Positions 46,436 to 53,757 of a stretch of DNA of 61,400 bases are shown in pieces. The stretch lies in assembly GCA_041742395.1 (NCBI GenBank), contig JBGSIS010000024.1, positions 1 to 61,400 on the forward strand, given 5' to 3'. The position numbers and the translations under genes are program-made. This DNA is from Candidatus Saccharimonadales bacterium. Lineage in GTDB: Bacteria > Patescibacteriota > Saccharimonadia > Saccharimonadales > JACQNP01. Numbering within the stretch: the stretch's first letter is position 1; each line of letters starts with the position of its first letter. The notes under the pieces are model-generated. The model was not told where the DNA came from, did not search any database, and worked only from the letters and a program-made list of their open reading frames with translations.

Positions 46436-47125
46436 ATGGTCAAGAAGATTAGTATCGGAGTAATCGTGATAGCCGTTTTAGTTGTAGGCTGGCAATTATT
46501 ACCCAGTACGAATAAGCAAACTGCGAGTACCCAGCAGAATGAATCCAGTTCAACGACCACTCAAGCTGCAATTCAAGACGATGACCTGGTCATTGGAGAC
46601 AAAGTCGCACCAGCTACAATAACTGAATATGGAGATTTTAAATGTCCGTCATGTGGACAGTTCCATCAAGAGGCAGGAAAACAATTAAGGGATGGTTACA
46701 TTAAAGAAAATAAGCTAAAGATTGTATTTCGTCCGATAGCAGTCATTGGCCCAGACTCAGAACGCTCGGCTATCGGAGCTTACTGTGCCAAGAGCCATGG
46801 TAAGTTTACGGAATATCACGACGCTATATATAACTATATGTGGGATAACTACTATGAAGCCCGGAACTTCTCGGCGGAATACAAGGATATACTTACGAGC
46901 AAACTACTATCGACTATTGCACAGGAACTTGGCCTTGATACTGCGACTTTTGAAAGTTGTTTGAATGAATTATCGCAAGCTCAAAAGGTTGCAAACAATC
47001 AAAAGACGGCGCAAGAAATTGGTGTAAGGGGCACACCGACGTTTAGTATCAATAGCCAATTAGTGGTTGGCCCGCAACCATACAATGTATTTAAATCATT
47101 GGTTGATATACAGCTGAAGCAATAG
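46436..47125 (+). CDS. membrane-anchored DsbA-like thiol:disulfide oxidoreductase (paralogue)
   Basis: Anchor ISIGVIVIAVLVVGW. Active site FKCPSCGQFH. GTPTFSINS. Its C-terminus PQPYNVFKSLVDIQLK closely matches that of the first copy. Confidence 0.8.
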   Translation: MVKKISIGVIVIAVLVVGWQLLPSTNKQTASTQQNESSSTTTQAAIQDDDLVIGDKVAPATITEYGDFKCPSCGQFHQEAGKQLRDGYIKENKLKIVFRPIAVIGPDSERSAIGAYCAKSHGKFTEYHDAIYNYMWDNYYEARNFSAEYKDILTSKLLSTIAQELGLDTATFESCLNELSQAQKVANNQKTAQEIGVRGTPTFSINSQLVVGPQPYNVFKSLVDIQLKQ

Positions 47126-47130
47126 GCTAG

Positions 47131-47159
47131 TTGACATATGTTTAAGTGATTGCTAAAAT
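47131..47159 (+). promoter_or_regulatory. consensus sigma-70 promoter with extended -10, leaderless arsR-family gene
   Basis: TTGACA 47131-47136, 17-nt spacer ending TGc, TAAAAT 47154-47159. ATG at 47166, 6 nt downstream. Confidence 0.6.
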
Positions 47160-47165
47160 ACTTAT

Positions 47166-47483
47166 ATGCAAATATTCAAGAAAAAGAATAACGTTACACT
47201 TTCCCAGTCTGAAGAGCATCTTATACGTGCGATGCAGTTATTGGGAGACAAAACGAGGTTTAAGATATTCAAACTACTGATGTCGAACGATGAATTATGC
47301 GTCACTGAAATAGCCGAAGAACTCGGCATAACCGTATCCGCCGTGTCGCAGCATTTCCGTAATTTTGAAATGGTGGGACTAGTAGATAAGGAACGTATGG
47401 GTCAGAAGATTTGCTATATGTTGAAAAATAATGACGACCTTGTAAGTGAGCTCATCAAAGTCGCAAATAAACGCAAATCATAA
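47166..47483 (+). CDS. ArsR/SmtB-family transcriptional regulator
   Basis: DELCVTEIAEELGITVSAVSQHFRNFEMVGLV winged HTH. Only one Cys in the ELCV motif. Confidence 0.85.
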   Translation: MQIFKKKNNVTLSQSEEHLIRAMQLLGDKTRFKIFKLLMSNDELCVTEIAEELGITVSAVSQHFRNFEMVGLVDKERMGQKICYMLKNNDDLVSELIKVANKRKS

Positions 47484-47507
47484 AAGAACAATTCTAAGGA
47501 GGGTTAC

Positions 47508-47759
47508 ATGGCAAAGATAACAATTTACAGTACAGCGACTTGCGCATACTGCAAGATGCTCAAAAGCTATTTGCAGAGCAAAGATATTGCCTACAATGAA
47601 AAACACGCCGACCAGGATCAAAAACTCGCTGAAGAACTTTACGAAAAGAGCGGTCAGCTAGGTGTGCCTTTTACTATTATAGAAAAAGAAGACGGTACTG
47701 AGGAAAAGGTACTGGGTTTTGACCGGCAGAAGATCAACGCAATACTAGGAATTGCCTAA
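47508..47759 (+). CDS. glutaredoxin-like (NrdH/Grx family) protein
   Basis: ITIYSTATCAYCKMLKSYL CxxC active site. GVPFTII. 83 aa. SD AAGGAGG upstream. Confidence 0.8.
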   Translation: MAKITIYSTATCAYCKMLKSYLQSKDIAYNEKHADQDQKLAEELYEKSGQLGVPFTIIEKEDGTEEKVLGFDRQKINAILGIA

Positions 47760-47763
47760 ATTC

Positions 47764-48060
47764 ATGAAGGCTATCTGGAAAGGAAAAACCATTGCTGAAA
47801 GTGACCAGACAATACTCATTGAAGGCAACTACTATTTTCCACCAGATTCAGTTGCATTTGAGTATCTAAAGAAAAACAAACGACACTCGCTTTGCTACTG
47901 GAAGGGGCTTGCCAGCTACTATGACGGGATAGATGGTGACTACAAGGAAAAGAGCATAGCTTGGTTCTACCCAAAGGCTACTTGGGCATCAAGAAAAATC
48001 ATGGGTATAGACTTTTCAAACTATGTCGCCTTTTGGGGTAACGTCAAGCTAACACAATAA
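47764..48060 (+). CDS. DUF427 domain protein (island copy 1)
   Basis: MKAIWKGKTIAESDQTILIEGNYYFPPDSV...CYWKG.ASYYD matches the DUF427 pattern. ATG lies 4 nt after the Grx stop. The track ORF opens at a TTG at 47752. Confidence 0.75.
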   Translation: MKAIWKGKTIAESDQTILIEGNYYFPPDSVAFEYLKKNKRHSLCYWKGLASYYDGIDGDYKEKSIAWFYPKATWASRKIMGIDFSNYVAFWGNVKLTQ

Positions 48061-48074
48061 ATAAAAGGAGAATT

Positions 48075-48377
48075 ATGCAAGCTATTTGGAACAACAAAGT
48101 CATCGCGGAAGCAAAAAAAGACGAATTGATTTACATTGAAGGCAACTGGTACTTCCCACCTGATGCAGTAAAGAAAGACTACTTCAAGCCAAACAGTGAA
48201 CACACTACTTGCTTCTGGAAGGGAGAAGCCAGCTACTACAACATTGATGTAGACGAAAATGTGAATGAAGGTGGAGCTTGGTATTACCCAGCACCTATGA
48301 GTGGATCAGTGGAGCGTGTTAAAAAGGATTTCACTAACTACGTAGCGTTTTGGCGTGGTGTGGAAGTAAAGGAGTAA
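48075..48377 (+). CDS. DUF427 domain protein (island copy 2)
   Basis: MQAIWNNKVIAEA...IEGNWYFPPDAV...CFWKGEASYYN. 64/100 identical to the chromosomal copy at 57520 by my hand alignment. Confidence 0.8.
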   Translation: MQAIWNNKVIAEAKKDELIYIEGNWYFPPDAVKKDYFKPNSEHTTCFWKGEASYYNIDVDENVNEGGAWYYPAPMSGSVERVKKDFTNYVAFWRGVEVKE

Positions 48378-48380
48378 ATA

Positions 48381-49724
48381 ATGGCTAAGCAATACGATCT
48401 TATTGTTTTAGGAACGGGGGGCGCTGGTTATCAGGTTGCGATGCGATGCAAGAAAGCTGGCTGGCATGTTGCCGTCGTTAATGATGGCCTGATTGGCGGC
48501 ACATGCTCAGTGCGCGGATGTATTCCTAAGAAAGTACTGGCTGGCACAGCCGAAATTGCCGATATTAACCGACGGTTAGGCGAGATAGGTATCATCACTG
48601 ACCAACCTGCCATGAGTTGGTCAGAACTTATCAAGTTTAAACGAACGTTTACTGATCTAGTACCGCCAAGCACTGAAAAGGCTCTGAAAGACGCTGGAAT
48701 AGACGTGTATACTGGCAGTCCAAAATTTACAGGTAATCTTAGTATTACCGTTGGGGATCATGTACTTAATGGAGAAAAAGTACATATTGCGGTAGGTGCC
48801 AAGCCAGCGAAACTATCGCTAGACGGTGCTGAGCATCTAATAACGAGTGATGACTTTTTAGAGCTTGACGCACTTCCTGAACGGATCGTATTTGTAGGCG
48901 GTGGTTATGTGTCTTTTGAGTTTGCCCATGTTGCGGCTCGTTTTGGAGCACAGGTGACGATTCTACACGTTGACGATAAGCCACTTGCAATGTTTGACCC
49001 CGACATTATCAAGAGCCTACTTGAAGCTACAAAAGATGTTGGTATTAATGTGGTCTTGAATGCTGGTGCCCAGAAAATCGAGAAACAAAACGACCTGTTC
49101 GTTGTGTCGACTACAGACGGACAGGTATTTGAAGCCGATATGGTGATTAATGGTGCGGGACGACCTCCAGCTATTGATGAGCTAAACCTAGAAGCTGCTG
49201 GTATAGATTACGATCCACGAAGGGGCGTATTGGTAAATGAGCATCTGCGTAGCACGTCTAACGAGAATGTTTACGCTGCAGGTGATGCAGCGGCCTCTGG
49301 CCCACCACTCTCACCAGTAGCCGGTGTGCAAGGAGGAATTGTGGCCGACAATCTGCTCGGCACAGAACACAAACAACCAGATTACCGCTCAACACCCAGC
49401 GTTATTTTTACGACTCCTACTGCCGCTAAGGTTGGACTGCTGGAGGGTGAAGCGGTTGAAAAAGGTCTTCAGTTTGATGTGGTGAATACTGACCTCAGTG
49501 GTTGGTTTGACAGTAAACGACTGGGTGTCAAGCATGCCATGAGTAAAATCATTGTCGAAAGAGACAGTAAAAAAATACTGGGAGCTCACCTGATAGGCAA
49601 TCACGCTGAAGATCTCATCAACATCTATAGTCTGGCAATAGAGTTTGGCCTAACCACTGAACAGCTTAGGACCCCAATCATGGCGTTCCCTACTGCAAGC
49701 GACGATATGAGGTCAATGTTTTGA
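48381..49724 (+). CDS. class I pyridine nucleotide-disulfide oxidoreductase (glutathione-reductase-like, atypical C-terminus)
   Basis: FAD fold DLIVLGTGGAGY. Redox-active GGTCSVRGCIPKK. NAD(P)H fold VFVGGGYVSFEFA. The C-terminal dimer-interface motif reads AFPTASDD instead of HPTxxE. No C-terminal Cys pair. Confidence 0.85.
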   Translation: MAKQYDLIVLGTGGAGYQVAMRCKKAGWHVAVVNDGLIGGTCSVRGCIPKKVLAGTAEIADINRRLGEIGIITDQPAMSWSELIKFKRTFTDLVPPSTEKALKDAGIDVYTGSPKFTGNLSITVGDHVLNGEKVHIAVGAKPAKLSLDGAEHLITSDDFLELDALPERIVFVGGGYVSFEFAHVAARFGAQVTILHVDDKPLAMFDPDIIKSLLEATKDVGINVVLNAGAQKIEKQNDLFVVSTTDGQVFEADMVINGAGRPPAIDELNLEAAGIDYDPRRGVLVNEHLRSTSNENVYAAGDAAASGPPLSPVAGVQGGIVADNLLGTEHKQPDYRSTPSVIFTTPTAAKVGLLEGEAVEKGLQFDVVNTDLSGWFDSKRLGVKHAMSKIIVERDSKKILGAHLIGNHAEDLINIYSLAIEFGLTTEQLRTPIMAFPTASDDMRSMF

Positions 49725-50113
49725 TGCAGGCAGATAACAGCAGCCCAACACTAATTTTCATCTATAACGCCAAGGCAGGGTTTATGCACGGTATGATGGA
49801 TCTAGTACATAAAACGGCTAGTCCCAAGACCTACCCCTGCAAATTATGCATGGTTACCTTTAGTGGCGCGACTATGAATAAGTTATGGAAGCAATATGTT
49901 GCGGGCTTAGGCATACCCGCAATATTTATGCACCGTGATGAATTTACGAAAGCATATCCAAATCAGCATGTAACTTTTCCGGTTGTCTTACTCGTGAGGA
50001 ATGGCTCAATCAGTACACTTATCAGTAGTGATGAGTTCAAGACCATAACTGACTTATCTGAACTCATGAACGTGCTTACCTTGAAATTAAATAAAACACA
50101 GCTTAAAAAATGA
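49724..50113 (+). CDS. small CxxC protein of unknown family
   Basis: YPCKLCMVTF CxxC after a beta-strand-like LIFIYNAK; possibly a thioredoxin-like fold. ATG overlaps the reductase stop (TGATG). Confidence 0.55.
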   Translation: MQADNSSPTLIFIYNAKAGFMHGMMDLVHKTASPKTYPCKLCMVTFSGATMNKLWKQYVAGLGIPAIFMHRDEFTKAYPNQHVTFPVVLLVRNGSISTLISSDEFKTITDLSELMNVLTLKLNKTQLKK

Positions 50114-50120
50114 TACAGCT

Positions 50121-50618
50121 ATGACGTACCTGCTTTTGACGATATTTAGTTTTAACTTGGCTATTTTTGTTAACAGCATGAGCGTATATCTTCAGAGGCA
50201 TAATCATAGTTATGATAGGTTTGAAAACAGCTTATTAGTGCACAGCCTGATTATTACCCCTTTTTGGGTTTTGTTTGTGCTATTAGTAGGTGGGCTTGAT
50301 CAGGCTTATAAGATAGATATGCCCAATTTTTCGGTTATTGGTTACGCCCTTGTTCTTGCAGCAGTGGGTCTGTTCGCATTATCGATCAAAGAGATTGGTT
50401 CTGGAGCATTGGTCAACGCCAACTTATTTCGCAAGAATAAAACGAAACCTACACTGTCGGGAGTTTATAGGTACTTGAAAAATCCAATCTATGATAGTTA
50501 TCTCTTGTTATTCATTGGGGTTGGCTTCGCTCTATCAAACGCCATATTTTTCATAATCGCTGCTACTAGTTTCTTTGGTCTTAATATTATTGAAAGTAGA
50601 GTCGAAAGGATAAGATAA
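50121..50618 (+). CDS. ICMT/PEMT-family membrane methyltransferase-like protein
   Basis: Polytopic membrane protein. C-terminal GVYRYLKNPIYDSYLLLFIGVGF resembles the isoprenylcysteine carboxyl / phospholipid methyltransferase signature. Confidence 0.55.
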   Translation: MTYLLLTIFSFNLAIFVNSMSVYLQRHNHSYDRFENSLLVHSLIITPFWVLFVLLVGGLDQAYKIDMPNFSVIGYALVLAAVGLFALSIKEIGSGALVNANLFRKNKTKPTLSGVYRYLKNPIYDSYLLLFIGVGFALSNAIFFIIAATSFFGLNIIESRVERIR

Positions 50619-50622
50619 GTAT

Positions 50623-50787
50623 ATGGACGAGAAAAAAATATACCAATGCCTTGAGTGCGGCCTTCACTATGAAGACGAAACTATCGCAAAACAGTGCGAA
50701 GCATTCTGTAAAGAGAACAATGCTTGCAGCCTGGAAATTACTCGACATTCAATCGAGACTAGTCAAAGGCAAGGAACAGTGACCTAA
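50623..50787 (+). CDS. 54-aa zinc-ribbon-like micro-protein
   Basis: Hand-translated: MDEKKIYQCLECGLHYEDETIAKQCEAFCKENNACSLEITRHSIETSQRQGTVT (CxxC ... CxxxC ... C). Below the ORF-track cutoff. Confidence 0.45.
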   Translation: MDEKKIYQCLECGLHYEDETIAKQCEAFCKENNACSLEITRHSIETSQRQGTVT

Positions 50788-50798
50788 CCTGTTCTATA

Positions 50799-51620
50799 AT
50801 GCTGTTTCAAATGAATGAGGGTCGTTTTCATAAAAGACTAAAAGAGATTCTTTCTGCTAATCGTGGTCCAAATAATAGCCCCGACGAGCAGTTTCATGAT
50901 GTTATGCATAATGAAGTACTTGGGCGATCGAAAAAGGGTTGGGACGAAAATGCTGCAGCACAGGTTATAAGAGAATTTGAGTGGGCTACAGGAACTCAGC
51001 CCAAAAGTAATGAGCTTCCTGAAGGTGAGATAAAAGCCATATTTAAGAAGTTCTTGGAAGACCGTGACTGTACGTTCACTGCAATACCTGAAGACAAAAG
51101 AAAAACACCCGATAATTACATAGAGGGCAACAAACTAAAGTATATCTGCGAAATCAAATCACCTGAGTTGAAGCTAGATCTAGAAACCCAACTCTATAAA
51201 TTTAAGACTACTCATAGAAAAATATTGGGCTTCATTCACACTGCGGTTAAGCAATTCGAATCTTTGGACTCAAAGCATCATCTACCAAGGGTATTAGTAT
51301 TCACTTCGATTACACCACAACTAAATTGGAAATCATTTACAGATGCAATACAGGGTGGCGTTATAGATCAGAAAGGTAGTCGCTCACCTGATTTTTCTAA
51401 AACACCTGTGTATACGAGTACTCTGCCCTTATTATCAGACGTGGATTTATTCACTTGGTTTCAAGTAAGCGGAGCGGGTGATAAATTTTATCAAGTAAGC
51501 TATTTCATCAATGAAAAATCAACACAGAGTAAAGCATGTTTGGAGTTGGTTAATAATCTGTCACGTATTAAGGTTTCTAGCATGAATATGGATAACATAT
51601 TCTCACTAATCAGTGCGTAA
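50799..51620 (+). CDS. cassette protein A: predicted PD-(D/E)xK nuclease-fold protein
   Basis: KTPDNYIEGNKLKYICEIKSPE gives D (51111-51113) ... E-I-K (51150-51158), the canonical PD-x(n)-ExK spacing. TATAAT at 50795-50800 suggests the real start is the second ATG at 50811 (MNEGRF). No named family recognised. Confidence 0.6.
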   Translation: MLFQMNEGRFHKRLKEILSANRGPNNSPDEQFHDVMHNEVLGRSKKGWDENAAAQVIREFEWATGTQPKSNELPEGEIKAIFKKFLEDRDCTFTAIPEDKRKTPDNYIEGNKLKYICEIKSPELKLDLETQLYKFKTTHRKILGFIHTAVKQFESLDSKHHLPRVLVFTSITPQLNWKSFTDAIQGGVIDQKGSRSPDFSKTPVYTSTLPLLSDVDLFTWFQVSGAGDKFYQVSYFINEKSTQSKACLELVNNLSRIKVSSMNMDNIFSLISA

Positions 51621-51646
51621 ATACTTTAGTCAGTTAGAATAACAAT

Positions 51647-52636
51647 ATGGAAAATACTCTTGGAGTTAAGTCATTCATAACGTGGCATCCGCCCACTAAA
51701 GATGTTGTCGTCGGTAATATCAAATTGTCTAATGGCAACGGAGTAAAGATAACCACAAAAACCACTAATTCGAGTGGTTACTCGCAGCGGTCTACTGTGA
51801 GTCTTGAGTACGCAACTTTGGCTCAGGGTGAGCTAGATATGTGGGTGCTATTTCACGCTTTTATTCTGGGTGACCCGTGGGTTCTCCCGTCGTATATGGG
51901 AACCATTCATGGAGTTGTTGAGTGGCTAGACAAGCCCTTTGGCTCGGAGAAGGATTATGACGATTTCTTGAATACTGCATATCAAACAGAGGGCATCACT
52001 CAGAAAATGAGCTATCAAGAGCTGTACAAAAGGTTCGTTGGAATTAGCGAACAACAAAGCGGCATGGCAAATAATTGGCTTCTTGATTTGAAGCCTGGCG
52101 ACGGCTGGTCGCATGGTGAGATGGCTGACTACTCGTATTGGAGAATGGTTATTGATTTCTCGATAGTCGAAGCAATAATGGGGCGGCAACCGTTTTGTGA
52201 AGAAGCTCATGAATGCTCAAAGTGTCATAAGACTAACATCCAACACAATCCAGAAGATGCAAAGGTATGGGCTAACAATAGGTTGTTGGAGATAATTGGT
52301 GACTCCGAGAAAACAGACCAGTATATGAAAGTTATTTGGACTGTACGACAGAATATACGACATAAAACCGCACACGAGAGTGATTATCCGCATCAAAGAC
52401 CTTCAAGCCCGCTTCAGCATGGTGACAATGAGTTCGATATTGATACGGTCGTAAATAATTTCAAGACCGATAGCCATGCACTGACCGCACTAGAGAATAA
52501 TATGCATGAGGTTACACGAATATTATTACTGGACGATATTCTGCAAACGAAAGTCTTCCCTGACATACGCCCATATATGATTCGATCAGGCGGGATGAGC
52601 TATGAGGAGTTCATGAAGTTAGTGGAGCAAAAATAG
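51647..52636 (+). CDS. cassette protein B: Cys/His cluster + HEPN-like Rx4H motif protein
   Basis: CEEAHECSKCHK metal-binding-like cluster, followed by VRQNIRHKTAHES (R-x4-H twice, nt 52346-52375). TAGAAT at 51635-51640 lies 6 nt before the ATG. No named family recognised. Confidence 0.6.
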   Translation: MENTLGVKSFITWHPPTKDVVVGNIKLSNGNGVKITTKTTNSSGYSQRSTVSLEYATLAQGELDMWVLFHAFILGDPWVLPSYMGTIHGVVEWLDKPFGSEKDYDDFLNTAYQTEGITQKMSYQELYKRFVGISEQQSGMANNWLLDLKPGDGWSHGEMADYSYWRMVIDFSIVEAIMGRQPFCEEAHECSKCHKTNIQHNPEDAKVWANNRLLEIIGDSEKTDQYMKVIWTVRQNIRHKTAHESDYPHQRPSSPLQHGDNEFDIDTVVNNFKTDSHALTALENNMHEVTRILLLDDILQTKVFPDIRPYMIRSGGMSYEEFMKLVEQK

Positions 52637-52639
52637 TAA

Positions 52640-53350
52640 ATGCCACGTATAAAAGGTTTTGATGAGATTGAGGCTGAGCTTTCACACCATCCTGGGAAAA
52701 TGGCTCACGATGAGTGGCAGAACTTAGCCAGAATCTTCTATGATATTTATCAAAAAAACAGAACAGAACTCATCAGGCTCTTAGAGGAGCCGTCAAAAAA
52801 GGATGAGCTATCCACTGAGCTATTTCAAAATGTAAGACCACCTACTGTAAGAGAAGCGTATACTAACGAGCTTCTGCGAAGTTTGTTTAATTATTTGTCG
52901 AGCCTAAGTTCTCTAGTAGATGCGAGTATGCGGCTTACTAGCAAATATAATAGCGAACAAATGGCTGGGTATAACGCCCAAAGGGAAATAATCACCAACT
53001 CGGATATAAATGATTTTTTCGGGAAGCTACGCAACTACATCCAACACTATGGGATTCCACCGCTAGATTGGACCATACAGCTGAACAATAACAAGCTAAA
53101 TACATGTACATACTTTTTATCCAATGGTAAGTTGCTGGCTTGGAAGGGATGGAGTTCGAAAGCAAAGACGTATATTGGAGATCAAGATGTAGATTTACTC
53201 AAATCAATTCAGTTACATGGAGAGATGATAGATAAAGCTCTTCTTGCACTACTAACTCTTTTCCCAAACATTCACTCAGCAGATACTGAGTCATATAACA
53301 AGCTAATGCATCGTAGGAATGACATCTTATCGGGGAAAATCAAGCTCTAA
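52640..53350 (+). CDS. cassette protein C: HEPN-like (RNxxxH) protein
   Basis: FFGKLRNYIQHYG (R 53030-53032, H 53045-53047) matches the HEPN/Abi-type RNxxxH signature. Starts 3 nt after the stop of protein B. Confidence 0.6.
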   Translation: MPRIKGFDEIEAELSHHPGKMAHDEWQNLARIFYDIYQKNRTELIRLLEEPSKKDELSTELFQNVRPPTVREAYTNELLRSLFNYLSSLSSLVDASMRLTSKYNSEQMAGYNAQREIITNSDINDFFGKLRNYIQHYGIPPLDWTIQLNNNKLNTCTYFLSNGKLLAWKGWSSKAKTYIGDQDVDLLKSIQLHGEMIDKALLALLTLFPNIHSADTESYNKLMHRRNDILSGKIKL

Positions 53351-53391
53351 GGATTGTAAAAATATAGTGGTGAGTGTGGTGGGTCTGTAAT

Positions 53392-53577
53392 TTACCACTT
53401 ACCGCCAGCAGTCTCTTGTAGTTCTTTAATCTGTTGAGGCGTATAGCCTCGTGTTCTTTTATCTAGTGGAGGCATCGAGAAGGTTATATCAAATGGTATT
53501 GTTGCGTCTTGTGAATACCAATTGATAAACTCATTAGATATTATCATAACAGAAGAGGCTGAAATTGACGAAATCAC
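53392..53577 (-). CDS. questionable 61-aa ORF at the right island boundary
   Basis: GTG start directly preceded by an in-frame TAA. No motif recognised. It occupies an otherwise non-coding 230-nt interval. Confidence 0.25.
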   Translation of the reverse strand: MISSISASSVMIISNEFINWYSQDATIPFDITFSMPPLDKRTRGYTPQQIKELQETAGGKW

Positions 53578-53652
53578 TTAAGTATGATACTATATAAAGA
53601 CAAAAATACTAAAATAAAAAATGTCAGAAAAAGCGCCACAGCCATAAGTAAG

Positions 53653-53680
53653 GCAACATTTCTAAATTTAGAAGCGTTGC
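53653..53680. repeat. 28-bp near-perfect palindrome followed by an 11-bp palindrome TGACAGTGTCA (53681-53691)
   Basis: GCAACATTTCTAAA/TTTAGAAGCGTTGC, with 12 of 14 arm positions complementary. Lies between the island and the IMPase gene. Confidence 0.6.
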
Positions 53681-53757
53681 TGACAGTGTCATTTTGTTGT
53701 TACTATCAACAGATTAAAAATTTCTTCGATAATTACAGAGGTGATAATATGTATATT

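Larger units (their letters stand above)
37681..53580. mobile_element. integrated genomic island mobilised by a large serine recombinase (boundaries approximate)
   Basis: Recombinase, excisionase-type HTH and a primase/NTPase module sit at the left edge, abutting the ychF start. Accessory redox genes and nuclease genes follow. GC is visibly higher than the flanks in four hand-counted 60-nt samples: island 25/60 (40201-40260) and 30/60 (48901-48960); flanks 9/60 (19021-19080) and 18/60 (33601-33660). Housekeeping genes lie on both sides. No virion genes. Confidence 0.7.

Noticed and set aside
47166-49724. A mercury-resistance (mer) operon: ArsR-type regulator, MerA-like reductase and a CxxC membrane transporter.
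   Set aside because: The reductase lacks the C-terminal Cys-Cys pair and the NmerA domain. No MerP or MerT-like GMTCxxC or vicinal-Cys motifs are present. The CxxC membrane protein is flanked by DsbA genes rather than by the reductase.
53392-53577. The idea that this minus-strand ORF is the native C-terminus of the recombinase in the excised circular form, since the recombinase frame is open across the left junction.
   Set aside because: The ORF is immediately preceded by an in-frame TAA (53580-53578), and I found no sequence similarity between this region and 37.62-37.76 kb. This cannot be supported without the real attP.
37681-53580. Interpreting the island as a prophage.
   Set aside because: No terminase, portal, capsid, tail or lysis genes were recognisable. 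The content is recombination and replication genes plus metabolic and defence cargo.
53584-53757. An N-terminal extension of the IMPase gene (track ORF from 53584).
   Set aside because: The extension is AT-rich, contains the palindromes and a -10 element, and has no IMPase homology. A typical ~270-aa IMPase begins at 53758.
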